64,000 nucleotides of DNA from Abditibacteriota bacterium (GTDB taxonomy: Bacteria > Armatimonadota > UBA5829), in assembly GCA_017445025.1 (NCBI GenBank), contig JAFSVJ010000090.1, positions 156-64,155 of the forward strand, read 5' to 3'. This document shows positions 21,505-29,490 of the stretch, piece by piece; within the stretch, counting starts at the first letter, position 1; each line of letters starts with the position of its first letter. The notes below the pieces were generated by a model. That model had not been told where the DNA came from. It saw only the letters and a program-made list of their open reading frames with translations, and searched no databases. Position numbers and translations under genes: made by a program.

Positions 21505-22131
21505 ATGAAGAAAATCATATGTTTATTGGTTATGTTAGTCTCCGCTGTGATGTTTGTAGGTTGTGGTGGAGGGTCAAGCAGTGACGATATGGTCAGCAGA
21601 AGTCTAAAGCCCGGGGATTATTTTGTATTTGATAAATACGAATATGATGTTACGAACAGAACCAAGACTTTTGAGTTTAACTCAGGAACCTATACAGGAA
21701 GATACATTGATGTGTATTATAAAGGATCCTATGAGGACACCATTATTTGGTTTGAAAGAGATGTGACCACAGGTAAAAATAATGGTGCCAGATTTATGCT
21801 TGAGAGCATAGATGACGATTATGTCGTATGTGTTATTCCTGCAAATGATATGGATAAAGGGGACACATGGCTTTACTATGAAGACAGTAACCCCAAGCAT
21901 GATAAAGAAGTATATATAGTGGGCAAAGCCTATTGGGTTGACGAAGACGATGATAAACACTATTACTACAAGGTTGCCGGAAGCGACTCAAAGATATACT
22001 ATGAATACTGCCCCGACCTGGGATTTTTCACATACCTTCACGGAGAGGAGTTGGAAGCATATAAAGTTAAATCCATAAATGATTCCAAAGCCCCCGAGAT
22101 TAATAAATCCCTCAAAGTTGGGAAGGAATAA
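21505..22131 (+). CDS. Lipoprotein of unknown function
   Basis: The ATG at 21505 follows AAGGAG. The signal peptide has a lipobox (MKKIICLLVMLVSAVMFVGC). Confidence 0.7.
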   Translation: MKKIICLLVMLVSAVMFVGCGGGSSSDDMVSRSLKPGDYFVFDKYEYDVTNRTKTFEFNSGTYTGRYIDVYYKGSYEDTIIWFERDVTTGKNNGARFMLESIDDDYVVCVIPANDMDKGDTWLYYEDSNPKHDKEVYIVGKAYWVDEDDDKHYYYKVAGSDSKIYYEYCPDLGFFTYLHGEELEAYKVKSINDSKAPEINKSLKVGKE

Positions 22132-22138
22132 AGTTAAA

Positions 22139-22166
22139 GCCACCCTTTCGGGTGGCCTTTTATTTT
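22139..22166 (+). terminator. Rho-independent terminator
   Basis: GCCACCC-tttc-GGGTGGC followed by a T-rich tract. Confidence 0.75.
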
Positions 22167-22173
22167 GTGAATT

Positions 22174-22368
22174 CAAATCACAAAATTAAAATTAATAATC
22201 AAAAATCAAAATTGTGGAGCTATAGCTCCACTTATGTTAGCGAGCTCTAAATTTTAAGGTGGGCTATGGTTAACATTTTGTCCCCCTAACCGTAAGGTTG
22301 GGGGGTGGCAGTCCGTAAGGACTGACGGGGGGATGGAATTTTTGATTTTCTATTTTTGATTATTGATT
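22174..22368. repeat. Compact ~195-bp mosaic repeat element with inverted heptad-array termini
   Basis: The left end is AAATCACAAAATTAAAATTAATAATCAAAAATCAAAATT followed by the hairpin GTGGAGC-tata-GCTCCAC. The core has CCCCCTAACCgtaaGGTTGGGGGG and GGCAGTCCgtaaGGACTGAC. The right end TTTTTGATTTTCTATTTTTGATTATTGATTTT is the inverse of the left array. Confidence 0.8.
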
Positions 22369-23211
22369 TTAAAATACGCTTTCCGCTTTGTATACTTTAT
22401 AATATTCCTTTAGCTTTTCAAAAGCTTTATCTCTTTCACTTTCATCAAAAAATACCCCGAATACACAGGAACCGCTACCGCATAACAAGGCACCTTTTGC
22501 TCCTGCATTAATAAGTGCCATTTTTAAGTCAAAAATATCAAGCTTGTTTAAAATTTCAAAATCATTGGTCATATATGCACAGAGGAGTTCTTTTGTGAGC
22601 TCATTCTTTTCTTGAAGAGATACAATTTTATTGGTGAACCCTTTTGAAACAATGTTTTCTCGCTTGTCCAATTCACTGTAAGCTTCTTTTGTGGAAACAG
22701 TAGAGTCCGGTTTTATTATAATAAAATAGAGTTTAGGCAAACACTGTAATGGTTTTACAATTTCTCCTCTTCCTGTCATAAGGGTTGAGCCACCATATAT
22801 AAATAAGGGGCAGTCGGAGCCTATGGCGGCGGACATTTGGGCAAGGGCTTCTTTTGACAGGTTGGTTTCAAAGATTTCATTTAAAGCAACCAAAACCCCG
22901 GAAGCGTTTCCGCTCCCCCCTCCCAGTCCCGCTTGGGTGGGAATGTTTTTTTCTATATGAATGTTTATGCCTTTGTCAATTTGAAATGTTGACAGGAACA
23001 ATTCACATGCTTTATATACAGTATTTCTCTTGTCTGTGGGGACAGATGGATCTGAACAAGATATATTTATTCTTTCTTTTGTTTCCTCAATATCTATATA
23101 ATCACAGAGAGATAGGGTTTGAACCACACTTTCAAGATTGTGATAACCGTCCTCTCGCTTTACACCAACTTCAAGGGTATAATTAACTTTTGAAAAGGTT
23201 TGGATTCTCAT
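22369..23211 (-). CDS. ispE: 4-diphosphocytidyl-2-C-methyl-D-erythritol kinase
   Basis: 280 aa with the GHMP kinase motif GLGGGSGNASG and N-terminus KVNYTLEV...DGYH. Confidence 0.9.
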   Translation of the reverse strand: MRIQTFSKVNYTLEVGVKREDGYHNLESVVQTLSLCDYIDIEETKERINISCSDPSVPTDKRNTVYKACELFLSTFQIDKGINIHIEKNIPTQAGLGGGSGNASGVLVALNEIFETNLSKEALAQMSAAIGSDCPLFIYGGSTLMTGRGEIVKPLQCLPKLYFIIIKPDSTVSTKEAYSELDKRENIVSKGFTNKIVSLQEKNELTKELLCAYMTNDFEILNKLDIFDLKMALINAGAKGALLCGSGSCVFGVFFDESERDKAFEKLKEYYKVYKAESVF

Positions 23212-23885
23212 TTAAAACTCCTAATATATTTTCCGGTCTCTTTCAATATCTCTTCATATTCTTTTGAGTTGGGGTAAAAACCGGCCAAAAGTTTGTGGAA
23301 ATTTTTTTGATGGTTTCTGTGGACTTTGTGACAGAGTTCATGACAGATAACATATTTTATAACGGGAATGGGGCAAGTCACCAGATATGAGGACAGTTTC
23401 ATTTCATCTTTAATGTTAAAGGAGCCCCAACGAGATAGGGTTTTTGTTATGGTTAATCCTAAGGCTTTTAGGTTTGTTCTTTTTTCTTCTTCTCGTAAAA
23501 GAATGGGGAAAGTTTTTTCTGCCATTAAATTGTAAACTTTATTCATAAGGGTGACTTTATCGTAAAATTTCATATAGTTAGGCAGAAAAATCCTTTCTTC
23601 ATCTGTGACAAAGGGGGTTTCAGAAGAAAAAACGATTTTTTTCCATATACCAAAAAGTAGAATTTCGTCTTTGTGGATGTCTTTAATATTCTCAATTTCT
23701 CGGTTTTTTTGCCTTTGATTTTCTATAAGCCTGTTTATTTTTTCTTTTCTTTCATTAAGGAAAGAAATTATTTGAGATTTTGTCACATGTGGTGCTATGG
23801 TGATATTTACAGACAAATCCTTGTTGACACGGGCAATTATAAAATGTTTTTTTAATCTTCTGCGAGTTATTTTGTTTATTTTCAT
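23208..23885 (-). CDS. YgjP-like (DUF45/M48-related) metal-dependent hydrolase
   Basis: It has the C-terminal HExxH-type motif ICHELCHKVHRNH. The start/stop overlap with ispE is an ATGA junction. Confidence 0.7.
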   Translation of the reverse strand: MKINKITRRRLKKHFIIARVNKDLSVNITIAPHVTKSQIISFLNERKEKINRLIENQRQKNREIENIKDIHKDEILLFGIWKKIVFSSETPFVTDEERIFLPNYMKFYDKVTLMNKVYNLMAEKTFPILLREEEKRTNLKALGLTITKTLSRWGSFNIKDEMKLSSYLVTCPIPVIKYVICHELCHKVHRNHQKNFHKLLAGFYPNSKEYEEILKETGKYIRSFK

Positions 23886-24017
23886 GGGATTACCTATTTA
23901 TATTATACAATAAAACAGTTTAAAATTAAAAATTTATAAATAATACATAATTTAAAGTAATTTGAGATTTAAAAAAAAATTTTATATTATTTTTACAAAA
24001 AAATTAGTTTTTTATAC

Positions 24018-24046
24018 TTGACAAACTTTGAAAGATATCGTATAAT
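24018..24046 (+). promoter_or_regulatory. Consensus promoter P1 (TTGACA-17-TATAAT)
   Basis: Both hexamers are exact. It lies ~260 nt upstream of the first porin gene. Confidence 0.55.
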
Positions 24047-24101
24047 GAACCTGCCTTTTTTTAAAATTATAATTAAAAGTTAAGTAATCTTAACTTAAAA
24101 C

Positions 24102-24130
24102 TTGACAAGAGGCTTGGATTGTGGTATAAT
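24102..24130 (+). promoter_or_regulatory. Consensus promoter P2 (TTGACA-17-TGgTATAAT)
   Basis: Exact hexamers plus an extended -10. The implied leader is ~165 nt. Confidence 0.6.
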
Positions 24131-24303
24131 AATAGTGTAAAAAGTTAACGGAGCTTAATATTATTTGCCTTTAATTATAGAGAATCGGTAAATATATGTT
24201 AAGGTTTCGATTGCACAAGAAAGAATTTGTAAAAAATAAGGAAATATGAGAGAAACTTATTTTTAAGACAAATCTTGAGTGTCAATAAGATAAGGAGATA
24301 GAG

Positions 24304-26064
24304 ATGAAGAAACTTTTTATGCTCATGGTAGCTGTAATCCTTATGGCTGCCCCTGCATTCTCACAGAATGCATTTTCAGACGTTCCTCGTGACCACTGGG
24401 CATACGGTGCTGTCAGTCAATTGGCTGCTGCCGGTATCCTTGAAGGTTATCCCGACGGAACTTTCCAAGGTAAGAGAACCCTTACCAGATACGAATATGC
24501 TATGATTATAGCAAGACTTCTTCCTTTCTTAAGCGACGAAGACATTAATGTTTCCGCTTTTGCCACAAAGAAAGACTTAGACGGCTATGCAAAACTTAGC
24601 GACATCAAAGGTGCTGATTTATCAGGTGTAGCATCAAAGGCTGATCTTGACGCTATTGCAAAACTCGCCAACGAATTCAAAGCAGAACTTGCTGCATTAG
24701 GTGTAGACGTTAACGCTCTTAACGCTGACCTCGCCGCTTTAAGAAGCAGAGTTTCTGCTCTTGAAGACGAGCAAGCAAGAGTTAAGATTACAGGAGAATT
24801 AACTCTCGCAGGTATGTATACCACTACCAAAGACGGTGACTATTTATTGGATTATGACAGAGCGGCGGAAAGAGAAGGATCCCAAGGAACACAATTTATG
24901 AAGGATTTCCAAATCAACGTTAAAGGTAGAGTTAACAGCAATATTAACGCTTACTTAACCCTTGTTGCCGGAGACTACATGAGAAAAAAACAGGAAGGTT
25001 TTGGGGCATGGAAAACCGATGTAAGTCAGTCTGTAGATTCCACTGTTCTCCCTTACTACATGTATGCAACTGTTGACGCAGGAAAGTATGGGGATTTCAA
25101 AATAGGTAGAATGCCTATGCAAATAAATAAATATATCTATTTGAGAGCTGATGCAGATTCCTACATAGATATTGAAAGAACCGATAATGGTGACTACCAA
25201 TTTGGTGGAGTAGATTATAACAAATCTTTCGGTGCTTTTGACATTCGTGCTTGGTTTGGTCAACCTACTCACTCACTGTTTTATGATACCAATATGGAAT
25301 CTGCTTATAATCTTCAAACTCCCATTAAGGATATGGCAGGTATTCAATTGGGCTTTAACATTTCCGAAGCAAGAATCGAAGCTTTGATAAACTACAACGA
25401 AGCTTTTAATGATTTTGAAGGTTGTATTCCTTCTTATGTGACAGGTCTTTCTAAATCTGTTGTATATGGTGGAACTGTAGCAATTCCTTTCGGAAGCTTT
25501 GCTCTTGATGGCGGATACTTTGTTCAAAAGACAAAGAATTTGGACACTGTTTACGGTTACGGTAAGGACAATCCTCATATTGCCGATGCCAATATTTCAT
25601 TTGAAAGCAATGGTTTAACCCTTGGTGTGGGATACTTGGACGTAGAAGCCGGATATAATGCACCCGGTGACTACGAAGGAATGGCTTATGTGGGCAACCC
25701 GGATAATATTAAAGGTTTCAAAGCCAACGCCGCTTACGATTTTGGCAACTTCAATATCTTCGGTGAATACAAACAATACAAAACCAAAGATGACAAATAT
25801 GTTAGCAAATATGAATATGATCTAACCAATGATAAAATAAAGTTTTTATGTGCCGGTATTAATTATAACGCCGGAAATATAGGTGAATTCGGCGCAAAGT
25901 ATGAATCTCTTGACAACCACGGAGATAAATCAAATTATATTACAGTCTCTTGGCTTAAGAATATAGGTAATGCCAATTTCAAAATCGCTTATCAAAATAT
26001 TAATAATAAAGAACTTGAAAACAAGGGTAGCATTATCTACGGTCAAGCAGGATATACATTTTAA
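24304..26064 (+). CDS. Outer-membrane porin with an N-terminal SLH domain, a coiled-coil linker and a C-terminal beta-barrel (OmpM/Som-like)
   Basis: It has a signal peptide, the SLH motif FSDVPRDHWAYGAVSQLAAAGILEGYPDGTFQG and a heptad-rich linker. An alternating-hydrophobic C-terminal region ends ...GQAGYTF. Confidence 0.85.
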   Translation: MKKLFMLMVAVILMAAPAFSQNAFSDVPRDHWAYGAVSQLAAAGILEGYPDGTFQGKRTLTRYEYAMIIARLLPFLSDEDINVSAFATKKDLDGYAKLSDIKGADLSGVASKADLDAIAKLANEFKAELAALGVDVNALNADLAALRSRVSALEDEQARVKITGELTLAGMYTTTKDGDYLLDYDRAAEREGSQGTQFMKDFQINVKGRVNSNINAYLTLVAGDYMRKKQEGFGAWKTDVSQSVDSTVLPYYMYATVDAGKYGDFKIGRMPMQINKYIYLRADADSYIDIERTDNGDYQFGGVDYNKSFGAFDIRAWFGQPTHSLFYDTNMESAYNLQTPIKDMAGIQLGFNISEARIEALINYNEAFNDFEGCIPSYVTGLSKSVVYGGTVAIPFGSFALDGGYFVQKTKNLDTVYGYGKDNPHIADANISFESNGLTLGVGYLDVEAGYNAPGDYEGMAYVGNPDNIKGFKANAAYDFGNFNIFGEYKQYKTKDDKYVSKYEYDLTNDKIKFLCAGINYNAGNIGEFGAKYESLDNHGDKSNYITVSWLKNIGNANFKIAYQNINNKELENKGSIIYGQAGYTF

Positions 26065-26083
26065 ATAACTTTTATTAAAAAAT

Positions 26084-26111
26084 GGTCACTTGTAAGAGTG
26101 ACCTTTTTTTT
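26084..26111 (+). terminator. Rho-independent terminator
   Basis: GGTCACT-tgtaag-AGTGACC followed by T8. Confidence 0.85.
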
Positions 26112-26171
26112 GGAAAAAAATAAAAAAAATAAAAAAAATATCAAAAATTATTAAAAAAAGTGTTTTATTAC

Positions 26172-26200
26172 TTGACAAACTTTTCAATTTGTGTTATAAT
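26172..26200 (+). promoter_or_regulatory. Consensus promoter (TTGACA-17-TGtTATAAT)
   Basis: Exact hexamers and an extended -10. The implied leader to the second porin gene is ~140 nt. Confidence 0.65.
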
Positions 26201-26346
26201 AATAATGTATTAGTATGTGTGCATACATGCCAATACCATCTTTTATGGCAACAAGATAGTGTGAGTATCGGTCAGGAAATAAGTGAGAAACTAAACCGGA
26301 AAAGCATTGTCTCGTTGTTAGTAAAAAATATAACAAGGAGAAAAAG

Positions 26347-28107
26347 ATGAAGAAAATTCTTATGCTCATGGTAGCCGTAATCGTTATGGCTGCTCCTGCA
26401 TTCTCACAGAATGCATTTTCCGACGTTCCTCGTGACCACTGGGCATACGGTGCTGTTAGCCAATTAGCTGCTGCCGGTATTCTCGAAGGTTATCCCGACG
26501 GAACATTCCAAGGTAAGAGAACTCTTACCAGATACGAATATGCTATGATCATAGCAAGACTTCTTCCTTTCTTAAGCGACGAAGACATTAATGTTTCCGC
26601 TTTCGCTACAAAGAAAGACTTAGACGGCTATGCAAAACTTAGCGACATCAAAGGTGGCGACTTATCAGGTGTAGCATCAAAGGCTGATCTTGACGCTATT
26701 GCAAAACTCGCCAACGAATTCAAAGCAGAACTTGCTGCATTAGGTGTAGACGTTAACGCTCTTAACGCTGACGTAAACGCTTTAAGAAGCAGAGTTGCCG
26801 CTCTTGAAGACGAGCAAGCAAGAGTTAAGATTACCGGTGAATTAACTGTTGCCGGTAAATACACCATGTCAAAACATGATGACTACTTAGTAGACATTGA
26901 TGACAATCCTTTCAACAGAGACGGTTCTCAAGGAACTGAACTTATTAAGGATTTCCAAATCAACGTTAAGGGTAGAGTTAACAACAATATTAACGCTTAC
27001 TTAACATTGGTTGCCGGTGACTACATGAGAAAGAACATCAGTCCTAAAGAACCAGTTTGGAAAACTGATGTAAGTGAATCTGTAGACTCTACAGTTCTTC
27101 CTTACTACATGTATGCAACAGTTGATTGTGGTAAATACGGTGACTTCACAATTGGTAGACTTCCAATGCAAATCAACAAGTATGTCTACAAGAAATATGA
27201 TGTAGATTCATATGTTGACATAGCAAGAATGGACAATGGTGACTACCAATTCGGTGGTATTGACTACAACAAGAGCTTTGGTGCTGTTGATGTAAGAGCT
27301 TGGTTTGGTCAACCAACCCACAGCGAATACTTTGACATTACTGATTACCAAGCTTACGGTTTAATGACTCCTGTAAAGGACATGGCCGGTTTACAATTAG
27401 GTTTCAACATTGCCGGTGCAAGACTTGAAGCTTTAATGAACTACAACGAAGCTTTCAACGATTTTGAAGGTTGTATTCCTTCCTACGTAACAGGTCTTTC
27501 AAAGTCTGTTATCTATGGTGGAACTTTAGCTGTTCCTATGGGTAGTGTAGCATTAGATGCTGCTTACTTCCAACAAAAGACAAAGAACCTTGATTACTAC
27601 ATGTTCAACGAAAAGGACAAAGCTAACTTGTTAGACGCTAACTTAACATTTAACTGGAATGGTTTAACTGTTAAGGGTGGATACCTTGATGTTCAAGCCG
27701 GTTACGCAGCTCCTGCTGACTACGAACACATGGCTTACGTTCACAACCCTGACAACATCAAAGGTTTCAAAGCTTTCGCAGCTTACGACTTTGGTAACTT
27801 TGACCTCTTTGGAACATACAAGCAATACAAGCAAAAAGATGACAAGTTCTACAAGGGTGACTACGAATACAAAGACAAGATTAAATACTGGAATGCCGGT
27901 TTGAACTACAACTTCGGTAACTTCGGTAAAATCGGTGCAAAATACGAAGAGATTGACAACTACGGTGACAAGTCCAACTACATTACTGTTTCTTGGTTAA
28001 AGAACATTGGAAACGCAAACTTCAAACTTTCTTACCAAGCAATCAACAACAAGGGACTTGACAACAAGGGTAGCATCATCTACGGTCAAGCAGGTTACAC
28101 ATTCTAA
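26347..28107 (+). CDS. SLH-domain outer-membrane porin, tandem paralog
   Basis: Same length (586 aa) and architecture as 24304..26064. The N-terminal ~165 aa are almost identical. The barrel is diverged and rich in C-ending Asn/Tyr/Phe/Ile codons. Confidence 0.85.
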   Translation: MKKILMLMVAVIVMAAPAFSQNAFSDVPRDHWAYGAVSQLAAAGILEGYPDGTFQGKRTLTRYEYAMIIARLLPFLSDEDINVSAFATKKDLDGYAKLSDIKGGDLSGVASKADLDAIAKLANEFKAELAALGVDVNALNADVNALRSRVAALEDEQARVKITGELTVAGKYTMSKHDDYLVDIDDNPFNRDGSQGTELIKDFQINVKGRVNNNINAYLTLVAGDYMRKNISPKEPVWKTDVSESVDSTVLPYYMYATVDCGKYGDFTIGRLPMQINKYVYKKYDVDSYVDIARMDNGDYQFGGIDYNKSFGAVDVRAWFGQPTHSEYFDITDYQAYGLMTPVKDMAGLQLGFNIAGARLEALMNYNEAFNDFEGCIPSYVTGLSKSVIYGGTLAVPMGSVALDAAYFQQKTKNLDYYMFNEKDKANLLDANLTFNWNGLTVKGGYLDVQAGYAAPADYEHMAYVHNPDNIKGFKAFAAYDFGNFDLFGTYKQYKQKDDKFYKGDYEYKDKIKYWNAGLNYNFGNFGKIGAKYEEIDNYGDKSNYITVSWLKNIGNANFKLSYQAINNKGLDNKGSIIYGQAGYTF

Positions 28108-28142
28108 TTTAGTTAGAATAGATTGTTGTTAAAAACATTAAA

Positions 28143-28170
28143 GGCCACTCGCAAGAGTGGTCTTTTTTTT
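28143..28170 (+). terminator. Rho-independent terminator
   Basis: GGCCACTC-gcaa-GAGTGGTC followed by T8. Confidence 0.85.
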
Positions 28171-28373
28171 ATCCCCTTTTTAATTCACTCGCATTGCGAG
28201 ATAAAGAGTTAAAACCTACAAGCTCCGTGTCTTGTAGGTCTTTAAGCAGGTGGAAGATATGACAAGGGTAATGCTTTATAGCAACTGATGGGGGCATTCA
28301 TTAAAGTTTGCTGGTAAATCCTAAGAAAAAAACAATGATTTTTCAAATAGATTTTTTAAGAATAGTTTAATAC

Positions 28374-28403
28374 TTGACAAGAATTGTGTAAATGTGGTAT
28401 AAT
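28374..28403 (+). promoter_or_regulatory. tRNA-Ala promoter (TTGACA-18-TGgTATAAT)
   Basis: Exact -35 and extended -10, ending 14 nt before the mature tRNA 5' end. Confidence 0.65.
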
Positions 28404-28416
28404 ATAAATTGGTTAT

Positions 28417-28492
28417 GGGGATATAGCTCAGCTGGGAGAGCGCCACACTGGCAGTGTGGAAGTCAGGGGTTCGAGTCCCCTTATCTCCACCA
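28417..28492 (+). tRNA. tRNA-Ala (anticodon GGC), CCA encoded
   Basis: A 76-nt cloverleaf folded by hand. The acceptor stem is GGGGATA/TATCTCC with a G3:U70 pair. The D-loop is AGCTCAGCTGGGAGAGC, the anticodon loop is CT-GGC-AG, and the T-arm is GGGGTTCGAGTCCCC with a 3' ACCA. Confidence 0.93.
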
Positions 28493-28496
28493 CACA

Positions 28497-28519
28497 AACC
28501 GGTTTAAGCCGGTTTTTTT
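28497..28519 (+). terminator. Rho-independent terminator after tRNA-Ala
   Basis: AACCGG-tttaag-CCGGTT followed by a T-run. Confidence 0.65.
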
Positions 28520-28536
28520 ATTATATAGAGAATATT

Positions 28537-29490
28537 ATGAAAGAAGTATTAAAAAACAAATTAATCTATTTTATATTGGCAGCTTTTTTCTTGTGGTATG
28601 TATTCCCTTATATTCCTGTTGATAAGGCTATAAAAGCAATACCAAAGGATTTTGCCTGTCACAATCTTTCTGTCACTATTATTCTTATATCTTGTATTAT
28701 TGTTTCCACTGTCCTAAATATGTTTGTTCAATTTGGGTTGGTATATCAGCTGGCACGTCTGAAACTTAACTGGAAAAAGCTCCTCTTAGGTCTTTTTTTA
28801 TCCCTTGTTTGCCTGATTTTATGTATAGTTTGGATTGAGCATTATTTAATAATTCATAAACCTGAGATTTTTCCTCCCAATACTAATTACATTACTCACC
28901 TTTTGGCGATAGGTAAGAATATAGGTTCAAGAATGATTTCCGCCCTTCCTCAAAGGGGATTTATTAATTTCTTTATAATTCTCTTGTGTTTTAACTTTGG
29001 TTCACTCCTTTCTTATATAGTTAAGGAAAAGAATCTTCTTGTGCCTGTAATGTTGTGTTGTGCTTTTATAGATATATGGACCTGCACTGTGGGTTTTGTA
29101 AACAAAACTTTGGCAAAAGCCCCTGAGGTGGTAAGCGGTGTCAGCACAGGTGTCAGTATGATGGGTGGCTCTAAAATTATGGGAGCCAATATAGCCACCA
29201 TAGGACCCGGGGATTTTATTTTTGCTGCATTGGTTTTTGCTGTTGTTATGAGATTTAATATGGAAAAGGGTAGAACTTTTTGGGTTATGTTTGGGTTCCT
29301 CACTTTGGGAATGCTTCTTATTGTATTGGGAATATTGCCTTTCTTGCCCGCATTGGTTTGTGTGGCACTGGGAACACTTATTGCCAATTATAAAAAGTTT
29401 AATCTTTCCAAACAAGAAAAGATTAGTGTTCTGGTAGTATTTTTGGTGCTCTTGGGCTTACTCATTTTCTTTAAATTTTTTAAACAATGA
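28537..29490 (+). CDS. Polytopic membrane protein with presenilin/signal-peptide-peptidase-like (family A22, GxGD) motifs
   Basis: The ATG at 28537 avoids the tRNA overlap of the longer ORF. About 9-10 TM segments are present. AFIDIW (Asp codon 29071..29073), IGPGDFIF (29203..29214) and LPAL (29344..29355) occur in the YD / GxGD / PAL order and spacing. The stop overlaps the mrdA ATG (ATGA). Confidence 0.5.
   Translation: MKEVLKNKLIYFILAAFFLWYVFPYIPVDKAIKAIPKDFACHNLSVTIILISCIIVSTVLNMFVQFGLVYQLARLKLNWKKLLLGLFLSLVCLILCIVWIEHYLIIHKPEIFPPNTNYITHLLAIGKNIGSRMISALPQRGFINFFIILLCFNFGSLLSYIVKEKNLLVPVMLCCAFIDIWTCTVGFVNKTLAKAPEVVSGVSTGVSMMGGSKIMGANIATIGPGDFIFAALVFAVVMRFNMEKGRTFWVMFGFLTLGMLLIVLGILPFLPALVCVALGTLIANYKKFNLSKQEKISVLVVFLVLLGLLIFFKFFKQ

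Noticed and set aside
28392-28622. ORFs 28392..28622 and the 5' extension of 28456..29490 overlapping tRNA-Ala
   Set aside because: The region folds into a canonical tRNA with its own promoter and terminator. The membrane protein has a sensible ATG at 28537, after the terminator.
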